Both the position numbers and the translations under genes were made by a program. Of a DNA stretch of 64,000 nt, positions 50,765 to 60,220 are shown one piece after another; position 1 is the stretch's first letter; every line of letters begins with the position of its first letter. This stretch comes from a virus, in the IMG/VR virus record IMGVR_UViG_3300034101_003554, positions 77,042 through 141,041 of that record; one strand, 5' to 3'. The notes beneath the pieces were generated by a model. It was not told the DNA's origin. It saw nothing but the letters and a program-made list of their open reading frames with translations, and made no database searches.

Positions 50765-53700
50765 ATGAATATTAATTTTATTGAATACGACTTTAGTACT
50801 GATACTGTAAGTTATCCGTCAAATTATAATCCAACAAAATTAAATTTGGGTTATTTGATGACAAAAAATACTGATAGTGATGGTAATGTTTATGTGTCTC
50901 CAGTTGAACCAATATTTTTGAGAGGATATGAGGTTGTGGGTAATCCACCATTTTCCTATTTTGCTGGAAGTGTCATAGTTTCAATGAATTCTATGGGTTT
51001 TTTTAAGTACAATTCAGATGTTAGTTGGGTGTTTTATACTAATGGAGACACTTATGGAAGCAGCGGAAAAAGAATATTTTTAGCAACATATACCAAATCA
51101 ACTAATCAATTAACTATGATTGGTAGTATATTTAATTCTTTTGACCAAGCATCAAATGAAGCTTACGGATTAACAATATCAATGGAATATCATACTGGTG
51201 GAACAGTATCCGTTAGTTCAACAATTGTAACTGGTGTTGGGACAACTTGGTTAACTGACGGAGTGTGTGTTGGTAATAGAATAGGATTTGGTTCAAGTAG
51301 TTCCAGTGGAATAACAATATGGTATAGGGTTACAACAATTGTTAATAATACAACTTTAACAATTTCTCGTGAATATGAGAATGATGGTATAACTAATAAT
51401 TTAACATTTCCGATTGGTACACCATATGTCATTGAGGATTTAAGATTAATTTTTGCTAACTTGGGAGCTTCAGCAACGAATAGAGGTTTATTTTTATATA
51501 AAGGATTAAGATATGAAAATTTTACAATATCCCCAACAACATTACCATTAGCAACAACAGTTGATAATTTAAGAGCGGTATATAGAATATTGGATGTTAC
51601 TGGAACAACGGCAACATTCACTCCTATAGGAATAATATTAGAAGATAAAACATCATTTACTCAACAAGATTTATTTACACTTAGTTATCCATCAACAACA
51701 ACATCATCAATTCAAAAATTTAATATAAGAGCTCCTTTAACTTTTTTGACTGGAGGTCGGTCAAATTCCCCATATCTTTTTACTACTGGGGCTCAGGTAC
51801 ACAATGGTACTAATGTATCTGGATGGAATCCATTTATTAAAGGGTTAAATGACCATTATTATATTACAACATTTACTAGAATAGCTAGAGTTATACCCGC
51901 AAATATTATATCTGGGTCTACAACTTTTATTACTGATTCTATGGTTGAGTTACCCCCAGGTTCTGCAACAACATTTTCACTTAGTTCTAGTTTAGTGAGT
52001 TCTCATTATTTACCATTAGTTCAAAGGTTTTATATACCAAATACAACAGCAAATAGGAATTATGTTACACCATATATAAGTGGTTCAACTACACCTTTTG
52101 AGCGTGTAGTACTAACTAATGACCAAGTTCAAACAAATACATATACTGTTTCATCAATTACAACCCCAACATCAAATTATGTTGGCTCACCTATTAGGTC
52201 ATATTATCACGATGGATTATCTTACATTATTAGAGATGTACAGTCAAACAATAATGTAATTTATACATTACCTATTGAGGCTGATAAACAATATCACACA
52301 ACCTCAAACGCATATATAGTTACACCTGAGTTATTTACACCATCCGCAACTTCATATAATGAGGTTTATATTAATGCAAAAACTTATTTTAATGATGATA
52401 ATAGATTTATTGTACCAAGAGAAAATTATGACATTTATTATAGAACAACTGGTATAACAACAGATATTGGTTCTTGGACATTAATTAATCAAAATGGTAG
52501 TATGTCAGGTGTTACTGGAACAAGTGTCCAATTTAAAATAGCCTTTAGTACTATAGGGCATACTTGTATTCCATCTTTAATATATGGAATTAGTATGTCA
52601 TATAATTCAGATGCACCACCATTATCAATACCATTTTATGAACCATCATTAAAATTTACGGATAAAACTTCTCAGATTTTTACTTGGAGACAAAATTCTT
52701 TATTTAGTGTTGAGGCTCCTGCAGTAATGATAGATATCTATGATAGCTCGAATAATCTTTTATTAAGTGACGATGTTAGTGTTCAAAGTGGAGGTACTTT
52801 TGAGTATTCAAGTGATGATGGGGTTACTTGGAATAATTGGACATATTCAGCAAATTCAGTTGGTAATTATTTAAGATATAGTTCATCAACATTGTCAGCA
52901 TCAGGGTTGATTGTGAAACCAATTATATTCCCATCAACACCTACACCAACACCAACGAATACTGTAACACCTACACCTACACCAACATTGACACCAACAC
53001 CAACAATATCGGTAACACCAACAATAGATTCTGATGCTACGGCTTTCATTTCTGCGGCAGGAATTACTGGAACTACAGAACAATCGGCAATCAATCAACT
53101 TGTTATTGATTTGAAATTTTATAATTTATGGTCTAAGTTAAGAGCAATATATCCAATGGTTGGGGGTACTGCTAATTCACACAAATTTAATCTCAAAAAT
53201 CCTGTGGATAGTGACGCAGCATTTAGATTAAACTTTGTTGGCCCTTGGGTACATTCTAGTACTGGATCTAAGCCAAATGGAACAAGTACTTATGCCGATA
53301 CATTTTATATTCCAAATAATTATCCGTTAACACAACATTTAAGTTATTATTCAAGAACTCAATTAACAACACCACTTGGTACTGAAATTGGGGCGTACAG
53401 AACAATAACAGTAAGAGTTAACACACTAAATATTTGTCAAAATTATACTGCCGGATTTAGTTCATCCCCAACTTTTACCACAACAACTGATGGTAGGGGA
53501 TTTTGGTTGGGTACTAGAAGAGGTAATAGTGATAGAGAAGTATATCGTAATGGTTCTAGTGAAGGGGTTAACACAGTAACGGAAACTTTAGATTTACCAT
53601 TTTTTAGTTTATATTTAGGGGCATTTCAAACAGGAAGTGGTGGAGGACTTATTGCAGGATATTCAGCTAAAGAATGTGCTTTCGCGTCTATGGGAGATAG

Positions 53701-53776
53701 TTTAACTAGTTCTGATGTTAATCTTTATTATTTAGCAGTTCAAACGTATCAAACAAGATTAGGAAGACAAGTTTAA
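50765..53776 (+). CDS. Paralogous large virion-type protein with a Pro-Thr linker and an added C-terminal domain
   Basis: Shares HTGGTV..RIGFGS..WYR, FPIGTPYVIE, PPGS.TT, YRTTGIT, F.WRQ, EYS.D.GVTW with the previous gene; then PTPTPT and a DSDATAFISAAGIT domain. Confidence 0.7.
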   Translation: MNINFIEYDFSTDTVSYPSNYNPTKLNLGYLMTKNTDSDGNVYVSPVEPIFLRGYEVVGNPPFSYFAGSVIVSMNSMGFFKYNSDVSWVFYTNGDTYGSSGKRIFLATYTKSTNQLTMIGSIFNSFDQASNEAYGLTISMEYHTGGTVSVSSTIVTGVGTTWLTDGVCVGNRIGFGSSSSSGITIWYRVTTIVNNTTLTISREYENDGITNNLTFPIGTPYVIEDLRLIFANLGASATNRGLFLYKGLRYENFTISPTTLPLATTVDNLRAVYRILDVTGTTATFTPIGIILEDKTSFTQQDLFTLSYPSTTTSSIQKFNIRAPLTFLTGGRSNSPYLFTTGAQVHNGTNVSGWNPFIKGLNDHYYITTFTRIARVIPANIISGSTTFITDSMVELPPGSATTFSLSSSLVSSHYLPLVQRFYIPNTTANRNYVTPYISGSTTPFERVVLTNDQVQTNTYTVSSITTPTSNYVGSPIRSYYHDGLSYIIRDVQSNNNVIYTLPIEADKQYHTTSNAYIVTPELFTPSATSYNEVYINAKTYFNDDNRFIVPRENYDIYYRTTGITTDIGSWTLINQNGSMSGVTGTSVQFKIAFSTIGHTCIPSLIYGISMSYNSDAPPLSIPFYEPSLKFTDKTSQIFTWRQNSLFSVEAPAVMIDIYDSSNNLLLSDDVSVQSGGTFEYSSDDGVTWNNWTYSANSVGNYLRYSSSTLSASGLIVKPIIFPSTPTPTPTNTVTPTPTPTLTPTPTISVTPTIDSDATAFISAAGITGTTEQSAINQLVIDLKFYNLWSKLRAIYPMVGGTANSHKFNLKNPVDSDAAFRLNFVGPWVHSSTGSKPNGTSTYADTFYIPNNYPLTQHLSYYSRTQLTTPLGTEIGAYRTITVRVNTLNICQNYTAGFSSSPTFTTTTDGRGFWLGTRRGNSDREVYRNGSSEGVNTVTETLDLPFFSLYLGAFQTGSGGGLIAGYSAKECAFASMGDSLTSSDVNLYYLAVQTYQTRLGRQV

Positions 53777-53790
53777 ACATATTTATAACT

Positions 53791-53943
53791 ATGATAGAAG
53801 ATATTGTATTTGATTCATTATTACTCGTATTTGAAACCCCTGAAGAAACACCAGGAGGAACTATATCCTCTTATAGTTTTGATGGAGATAATTTTGATGC
53901 TACTAGCGGTGGAGGTGAAGTTAGTGTAATTTTTATTAGTTAA
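53791..53943 (+). CDS. Small acidic protein, 50 aa (not in ORF track)
   Basis: MIEDIVFDSLLLVFETPEETPGGTISSYSFDGDNFDATSGGGEVSVIFIS*; TATTTAT at 53780-53786; next ATG 2 nt after the stop. Confidence 0.6.
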   Translation: MIEDIVFDSLLLVFETPEETPGGTISSYSFDGDNFDATSGGGEVSVIFIS

Positions 53944-53945
53944 TT

Positions 53946-54146
53946 ATGGAAACAATACATTTAGAACAAGGAGAAGTTTTACACAATGAATATAATTGTG
54001 TGGTTTGTGTTACGGGTGATTATGACCCTTATGAAATGGTGTTGGTTGGTGAATTAAACAATTCAAAATATCCACCAGATTTTCCATTATATCAATATCC
54101 CGCCATATATATAAAATATGGTGTTTATACCATAGAAGAATATTAA
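53946..54146 (+). CDS. Hypothetical protein, 66 aa
   Basis: Co-oriented ORF in the fibre cluster. Confidence 0.6.
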   Translation: METIHLEQGEVLHNEYNCVVCVTGDYDPYEMVLVGELNNSKYPPDFPLYQYPAIYIKYGVYTIEEY

Positions 54147-54163
54147 AATAATTAGTAATATTA

Positions 54164-54979
54164 ATGCCACATCAAATATCAATATCTGCAGTTACAGGAA
54201 CACCACCATATTCAATCACAATTTGTGATACCACATTAGTTTATTGTTATTTAATAACGGGTTCAACAACTATTCCACCCACATTTACGTTTGATGTGCC
54301 GCCACCATTAGATGTTGCTGATAGTGTTATTGTTAAAGTTATGGATAGTAATGGATGTCAATTATTTTATCCTTATTCTTGTCCAATAATACCTTGTGAT
54401 TGTATAACATTGTCAGCAGCAACTGAAATCAGTGGTATGCCTTTTACTATGACATTATATCCAAATGGTGTAGTCAATGGTAAAAATTCTTACTTTGGAA
54501 TTGAACCTAACTCAATTGCTGAGATAAATTTATCTTATAATTCTATATTAGGTATTTGGCAAATGTCATATAGAGATTATGGATTTATTAGTGACTTGAA
54601 CATATCTAATAATTGTCCAAATGGTAGTACTTGGGTAAATAATTATGGTGGTTTTGCAGTATACTCTACATTAGGTACAATTTGTGTTACACCAACACCA
54701 ACTCCAACACTTACTCCAACTGGAACTTGTAGATGTATTCAAGTTACAAATACGGGAACAACAACTGGAACATTTTATTATACACAATGTGATGGAACTG
54801 TAACAAGTGTATTACCAATCAATTCTGGGACAACATTATATTATTGTGGGACTAATCCAATTGGGTTAACTGAATGTGACATTTATATTGGTGCTAATTG
54901 TGTTAGTAATAGTTGTGTAAGTATTACACCAACTCCATCAGTAACACCAACAATTACTCCTTCGCCAAGTAGTCCATAA
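54164..54979 (+). CDS. Cys-rich multi-domain virion-type protein with two Pro-Thr tracts
   Basis: [13 protein letters not shown] and ITPTPSVTPTITPSPSSP; many Cys. Confidence 0.7.
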   Translation: MPHQISISAVTGTPPYSITICDTTLVYCYLITGSTTIPPTFTFDVPPPLDVADSVIVKVMDSNGCQLFYPYSCPIIPCDCITLSAATEISGMPFTMTLYPNGVVNGKNSYFGIEPNSIAEINLSYNSILGIWQMSYRDYGFISDLNISNNCPNGSTWVNNYGGFAVYSTLGTICVTPTPTPTLTPTGTCRCIQVTNTGTTTGTFYYTQCDGTVTSVLPINSGTTLYYCGTNPIGLTECDIYIGANCVSNSCVSITPTPSVTPTITPSPSSP

Positions 54980-55037
54980 AATTTATATTTAATATATCCT
55001 TTTATTTTGATTTTTTTATTTTTATAAAAAAGTAAGA

Positions 55038-56288
55038 ATGTCAACAATATTTGTACAAATTGCCTCATTTAGAGACCCCCAACTTAATCCAACCTTAGAA
55101 GATTTAATATCCAAAGCAAAATACCCTAAAAAACTTAGAATTGGTATTTGTAATCAATATAATGAAAATGATGAATTTAATCTTGACCATTATAGAAAGG
55201 ATAAAAGATTTAGAATTATTGATGTAAAAGATATTGATTCACCAGGTGTTTGTTGGGCAAGAAATCAAGTTCAACAATTATATTCAGGAGAAACATACAC
55301 ATTACAAATTGATTCCCATATGAGGTTTGAACAAGATTGGGATAAAACTTTAATTAATATGATTAAAGACCTCCAATCAAAAGGATACCCAAAACCTTTA
55401 TTAACTGGATATGTTTCATCATTTGACCCTGACAATGACCCACAAGGAAGAGTTACTGAACCTTGGAGAATGACATTTGATAGATTTATTCCTGAAGGTG
55501 CTGTATTCTTTTTACCTGAAGTTATTCCAAATTGGAAAGATTTAACTGAACCAATTCCTGCGAGATTTTACTCAGCTCATTTCTGTTTTACATTAGGTGA
55601 ATTTAGTAATGAAGTTCAACACGACCCTAAGTATTATTTCCACGGAGAAGAGATATCTGTTGGGGTTAGAGCATTCACCCACGGATATGATTTATTTCAT
55701 CCACACAGAGTTATTATTTGGCATGAGTACACAAGGAAGGGAAGAACAAAACAATGGGATGTAGACAAAGAATGGTTTAAGAAAAATGACAAATCACATT
55801 CAAGGAATAGAAGATTATTCTCAATGGATGGTGAAGTATTTAATCCTGATGAATTTGGTAAGTACGGATTTGGAACTGAAAGGACATTAGAGGATTATGA
55901 AAAATATGCTGGTATAAAGTTTAATAGAAGGGGTGTACAGAAATATACAACTGATAAAAACTCTCCCCCCAATCCATATAACTTTGAAACTGAGGAAGAA
56001 TACTTAAATAGTTTTGCTAGTGTATTCAAACATTGTATTGATGTTCATTTCGGTCAAGTACCTGAAAAGGATTATGATTTTTGGGTTGTAGCATTTCACG
56101 ATGATAAAGATGAAACGATGTTTAGACAAGATGCTGACATCAATGAAATTAATAGAGTTATGCAAGACCCTGATGGTTATTGTAAAATATGGAGGGAATT
56201 TAATACCATAATAAAACCATCTTATTGGGTTGTGTGGCCACACTCAACATCAAAAGGATGGTGTGATAGAATAACTGGGAAGTTGTAA
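55038..56288 (+). CDS. GT60-like polypeptide/hydroxyproline alpha-GlcNAc transferase (Pfam GlcNAc family)
   Basis: IFVQIASFRD, LRIGICNQ, GVCWAR, LQIDSHMRFEQDWD (DSH motif), FHGEEI..RAFTHGYD, IWHEY. Confidence 0.85.
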   Translation: MSTIFVQIASFRDPQLNPTLEDLISKAKYPKKLRIGICNQYNENDEFNLDHYRKDKRFRIIDVKDIDSPGVCWARNQVQQLYSGETYTLQIDSHMRFEQDWDKTLINMIKDLQSKGYPKPLLTGYVSSFDPDNDPQGRVTEPWRMTFDRFIPEGAVFFLPEVIPNWKDLTEPIPARFYSAHFCFTLGEFSNEVQHDPKYYFHGEEISVGVRAFTHGYDLFHPHRVIIWHEYTRKGRTKQWDVDKEWFKKNDKSHSRNRRLFSMDGEVFNPDEFGKYGFGTERTLEDYEKYAGIKFNRRGVQKYTTDKNSPPNPYNFETEEEYLNSFASVFKHCIDVHFGQVPEKDYDFWVVAFHDDKDETMFRQDADINEINRVMQDPDGYCKIWREFNTIIKPSYWVVWPHSTSKGWCDRITGKL

Positions 56289-56971
56289 TGTTTAGTATAT
56301 TAGGTTATGAATTAGCGGAAATTGGATTTTTCATTAATTTATCTGAAAGTAAAGATAGATTATTACATATCAATAATTTGGTTAAAAATTATGATATTAA
56401 AAATCTAATACGATATGAGGCTTTGACTGATGATTTAAAAGTTTTTTCTTGTACTAAAAGTCATTTAGGAATTTTTAAACATTGTAAAGATAATAATTAT
56501 TCTATTGTTTTTGTATCAGAGGATGATTTTAATATTGAGGAAACTTGTTATTTTCCAAAAGAAAGAGTTCCATTTATAAAAGTATTAGAATCGGTTCACA
56601 ATGATTTAAAAAAAACAGAATGGGATGTTATATTATTAGGTTGCAATCCAAAAGAAAAATTAATTAAAGTAACTGATAATTTATATAAAGTTACAAAAAG
56701 TTCAGGTTCTTGGGCTTACTTAATAAAGAAGAATGCTTATGAATATATTTTAGAAAACTCAAACTATAAAAGAGATTATATTGCAATTGATGATTATTTA
56801 CCACTTTTAAATTCAAAAGGGTTTACAGCATTAACAACAATACCATTACTAATTAATCATGGGATTGGGTTTGAGTCAACTTTACAACCAAGAGGACCAG
56901 TTAATTATGATATATGGATTCAAGGTAATTACCATAATTTTATATATGATTGTGACGATTTTAAAATATGA
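56288..56971 (+). CDS. GT25-like glycosyltransferase
   Basis: FINLSESKDR, CTKSH, VSEDD, WDVILLG, AYLI, IDDY. Confidence 0.75.
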   Translation: MFSILGYELAEIGFFINLSESKDRLLHINNLVKNYDIKNLIRYEALTDDLKVFSCTKSHLGIFKHCKDNNYSIVFVSEDDFNIEETCYFPKERVPFIKVLESVHNDLKKTEWDVILLGCNPKEKLIKVTDNLYKVTKSSGSWAYLIKKNAYEYILENSNYKRDYIAIDDYLPLLNSKGFTALTTIPLLINHGIGFESTLQPRGPVNYDIWIQGNYHNFIYDCDDFKI

Positions 56972-58641
56972 ATATAACATTAGTAACAGGATTATGGAAT
57001 ATAGGAAGAGATAAACTTCAAGAGGGTTGGTCAAGGTCTTATCAACACTACTTGGATAAGCTCTCCCAATTATTAGAAGTTGATTGTAATCTAATTATTT
57101 TTGGAGATAGTGAATTACAACAATTCGTTAATGAAAGAAGAAATAATAATAATAATACCCAATTTATATTAAGAAACTTGGATTGGTTTACCAATAATGA
57201 ATTTTATCCAAAGATACAAAACATTAGACAGAAACCTGAATGGTATAATCAAGTTGGTTGGTTAAAAGATTCAACCCAAGCAAAACTTGAAATGTATAAT
57301 CCATTGGTTATGTCAAAAGTGTTTTTACTACACGATGCAAAACTTTTGGATAAATTCAATTCTGAATATATGTTTTGGATTGATGCTGGATTAACAAATA
57401 CAATTCATCCAGGTTATTTCACCCACGATAAAGTATTAAATAAATTACCAAAATCTTTAGGTGATTTTAATTTTGTTTGTTTTCCCTATGAAACAACCAC
57501 AGAAATACACGGATTCACCATTTCTGAGATGAACCGATTAACCAATTCAAAAGTTAATAAAGTTGCGAGAGGTGGATTCTTTGGTGGAAAGAAAGAAGTT
57601 ATATCTGAGATTAATACAATTTATTATCAACTATTGTCAGATACATTGAATAGGGGATATATGGGAACTGAAGAAAGTATATTCACTTTGATGGTTTATC
57701 TATTCCCCAATTTAGTAACTTATTTTGATATTGAATCAAATGGATTGATGGGTAAGTTCTTTGAGGATATAAAGGAGAATAGATTACAACCCAAAAAAGA
57801 AAAAAAATTCTTACAAGTTCAAAACAATACATCAATAGATAAGGTTGGGTTATATGTTATAACTTTTAACTCACCAAAACAATTTGAAACTTTAATCCAA
57901 TCAATGTTGGAGTATGACGCTGACTTCATAAATAAACCTAAAAAGTTTTTATTAGACAATTCAACGGATTTAACAACAACACCAAGATATAAAGAGTTAT
58001 GTGAACAATATGGATTTGAACATATTAAAAAAGATAATCTTGGTATAATGGGTGGTCGAATTTTTATAGCGGAACACTTTAATGATACTGACTTAGACTT
58101 GTATTATTTCCTAGAGGATGATATGTTTTTCTATCCAAAAAATGAAACTTGTAAAAATGGGTTTAATAGATATGTTAAAAATTTATATAGGAAAAGTTTG
58201 GAGATTATTCAAAAAGAAAACTTTGATTTTTTAAAATTAAACTTTACAGAATTTTATGGCGATAATAATACACAATGGGCTTGGTATAATGTGCCACAAG
58301 ATTTTAGACAAAAACATTGGCCAAATAATCCAAAACTTCCTCAAATGGGATTAGACCCCAATTCACCAAAAACTGAGTTCAAACACATTAAAACTCATAA
58401 GGGTATTCCATATATAAGTGGGGAAATTTATTTATGTAATTGGCCGATAATAATGAATAAGGAGGGGAATTATAAATGTTATTTGGAAACAAGGTGGGGA
58501 CATCCATTCGAACAAACTTTGATGAGTTATTGTTACCAAGAAACAATTAAAGGTAGAATAAATCCTGGATTGTTATTATTAACCCCAACTGAGCATAATA
58601 GATTCGATCATTACGATGGTAAGCTTAGAAAAGAAAATTAA
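56968..58641 (+). CDS. Fusion of an HtrL/YibB(WlaTC)-like GT domain and a GT-A-like domain
   Basis: ITLVTGLWNIGR..WSRSYQHYL..YNPLVMSK..FWIDAG..GGFFGG..GTEE; second domain YVITFN..LLDNS..FLEDDM. Confidence 0.7.
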   Translation: MNITLVTGLWNIGRDKLQEGWSRSYQHYLDKLSQLLEVDCNLIIFGDSELQQFVNERRNNNNNTQFILRNLDWFTNNEFYPKIQNIRQKPEWYNQVGWLKDSTQAKLEMYNPLVMSKVFLLHDAKLLDKFNSEYMFWIDAGLTNTIHPGYFTHDKVLNKLPKSLGDFNFVCFPYETTTEIHGFTISEMNRLTNSKVNKVARGGFFGGKKEVISEINTIYYQLLSDTLNRGYMGTEESIFTLMVYLFPNLVTYFDIESNGLMGKFFEDIKENRLQPKKEKKFLQVQNNTSIDKVGLYVITFNSPKQFETLIQSMLEYDADFINKPKKFLLDNSTDLTTTPRYKELCEQYGFEHIKKDNLGIMGGRIFIAEHFNDTDLDLYYFLEDDMFFYPKNETCKNGFNRYVKNLYRKSLEIIQKENFDFLKLNFTEFYGDNNTQWAWYNVPQDFRQKHWPNNPKLPQMGLDPNSPKTEFKHIKTHKGIPYISGEIYLCNWPIIMNKEGNYKCYLETRWGHPFEQTLMSYCYQETIKGRINPGLLLLTPTEHNRFDHYDGKLRKEN

Positions 58642-58668
58642 AAAAGGGTGATTTCTCACCCTTTTTTT
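58641..58668. terminator. Bidirectional intrinsic terminator
   Basis: AAAAAGGGTGA-TTTC-TCACCCTTTTT between convergent genes. Confidence 0.88.
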
Positions 58669-59881
58669 ATTTCTTAATAAATCTATGTGTTTTTATTTCT
58701 TGTTCAGTTTCAATTGAGATTACATAAACACCACTAGGTAAATCGGTAATATCTATTTTTTCCAAATTTGATTTGATATTATTTTTACTGAATATTTGTT
58801 TTCCAATATTATCAATAATCTTTATACTATAAATTGAATTATCAATAATATGTTTTTGAATTACAAGTTCGTTATTGGAAGGTGTGAATGAGAAATTATT
58901 ATCATTTTTGATTTCAACTGCAGAAATATTAGAATATGATGTATGACCACCTTCAACCCATTTTAATCTGTAATATGTATATCCATTTGATGTTGGGGTT
59001 TTATCATTAAAATCAAAAAAAGATTGGTCTGAATTTGTAACATTAACAAAACCAATTGAATCAAATTCAATTCCATCTAATGATTTCTCAATAACAAATC
59101 CATCAATATATTCATCAAGAACAACATTCCAAAATAAATAAACATCTTTGTTACTCTTTCTGTATTCGGTATTAAAATATAATAACTCAAGGGGGAATAT
59201 TGTACAATCGTATATTTCTTCTAACATAACATTATCAATCCACCATTCTTCACCAGCAGCATTGACTCTACAAAGTATGTCTACAGCTATTTGAGTTGCA
59301 CCAGGGGGTATGGTTAATTGAATTACAGAAAAACCATCACCAGTCGTTGTTCTGTTACCACCAGCGGTTGGTGTATAAAAAGTTGCTAAACCATTTGCGG
59401 TTTTGCTGGCGACACCTAAAGTATTATAATCCCAAGTCGCATTACTAAAACCACGAATACGCATTTCACCAAAATATGTTACTCCTCCATTGGTGCTAAG
59501 TTGAACTTCAACGAAATCAGTATTGTCAACACCTCTTGTTGTTGCAGCAGGACTTGAGAACACATATGAAGCCAATCTAAAAGAGAATCTATGTGTAGAG
59601 GTTGGGTTAAGTCCATTTATATTTGGCATAACGTACCAATCTTGTTCAATAGGAGAAGTACCGTTACCAGCACCAAATATAACAGCACTTAGGTTTGGGG
59701 AAACCGAAGCATTATTAAAAAATCCTGTGTTTGTTGTTGTTGTGTTAGGAGGAGTTCTCCACCAATCACCAGACCAATTAAAGGTCTCCATATTATCAAA
59801 TGCTATTGTGTCAATACAAGTTTGACTTTTAGCTAAAAAACTTGTTAGAGTTATAATTAATGTAATTAATACTTTTTTCAT
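58667..59881 (-). CDS. Secreted protein with a Sec signal peptide and a T9SS type-A C-terminal sorting domain
   Basis: MKKVLITLIITLTSFLAKS|Q; FPLELLYF..W...F.IEKS.DG..F..YYRLK module; C-terminal IIDNIGKQI..IDITDLPSGVYVISI..KTHRFIKK. Confidence 0.85.
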   Translation of the reverse strand: MKKVLITLIITLTSFLAKSQTCIDTIAFDNMETFNWSGDWWRTPPNTTTTNTGFFNNASVSPNLSAVIFGAGNGTSPIEQDWYVMPNINGLNPTSTHRFSFRLASYVFSSPAATTRGVDNTDFVEVQLSTNGGVTYFGEMRIRGFSNATWDYNTLGVASKTANGLATFYTPTAGGNRTTTGDGFSVIQLTIPPGATQIAVDILCRVNAAGEEWWIDNVMLEEIYDCTIFPLELLYFNTEYRKSNKDVYLFWNVVLDEYIDGFVIEKSLDGIEFDSIGFVNVTNSDQSFFDFNDKTPTSNGYTYYRLKWVEGGHTSYSNISAVEIKNDNNFSFTPSNNELVIQKHIIDNSIYSIKIIDNIGKQIFSKNNIKSNLEKIDITDLPSGVYVISIETEQEIKTHRFIKK

Positions 59882-59993
59882 TTTTATTTTTTTATTTAAT
59901 TAAGATTTATTGTCTATTATAGTAAAATTATATGTCAATATAAATATGGTTATAATGTTTAAGAAAAAAAAATAAAAAAAAACTTACAAACTC

Positions 59994-60024
59994 TTTGAAT
60001 ATTTATAAAGAACTCCTATCTTTG
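59994..60024 (+). promoter_or_regulatory. Bacteroidota housekeeping-sigma promoter with a TATTTAT motif nested in its spacer
   Basis: TTTG (59994-59997), 19-nt spacer, TATCTTTG (60017-60024); TATTTAT at 60000-60006. Confidence 0.75.
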
Positions 60025-60029
60025 TAGGA

Positions 60030-60220
60030 CAATAAATGGTTGATGACTTACCAATAAAAGTTAGGGTGATGAAAAATCATCGGTGGATGAAAAAGATACA
60101 TAGAGTAAAATACATCGTAAGATGGTGTCCATTGGTTCTCTCTACAAGTACCTAAGTAGGCGTAACGACTATACGACAGTTAGTTCTTAAAAGGATGGAA
60201 TAAAAGTTTCATCCTTTTTT
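60030..60220 (+). ncRNA. Candidate structured small RNA (alternatively a 39-codon sORF, 60036-60155)
   Basis: Promoter and terminator delimit a GC-elevated region with several stems, a GNRA-capped hairpin and G-U-rich pairing that works only on the plus strand. Confidence 0.5.

Noticed and set aside
60145-60190. CAAG..CCTAAGTAGG.CGTAACGACTA resembles the group I intron P6/P7 region
   Set aside because: No downstream ATAGTC partner at a workable distance, no room for P3/P8/P9, and no interrupted gene
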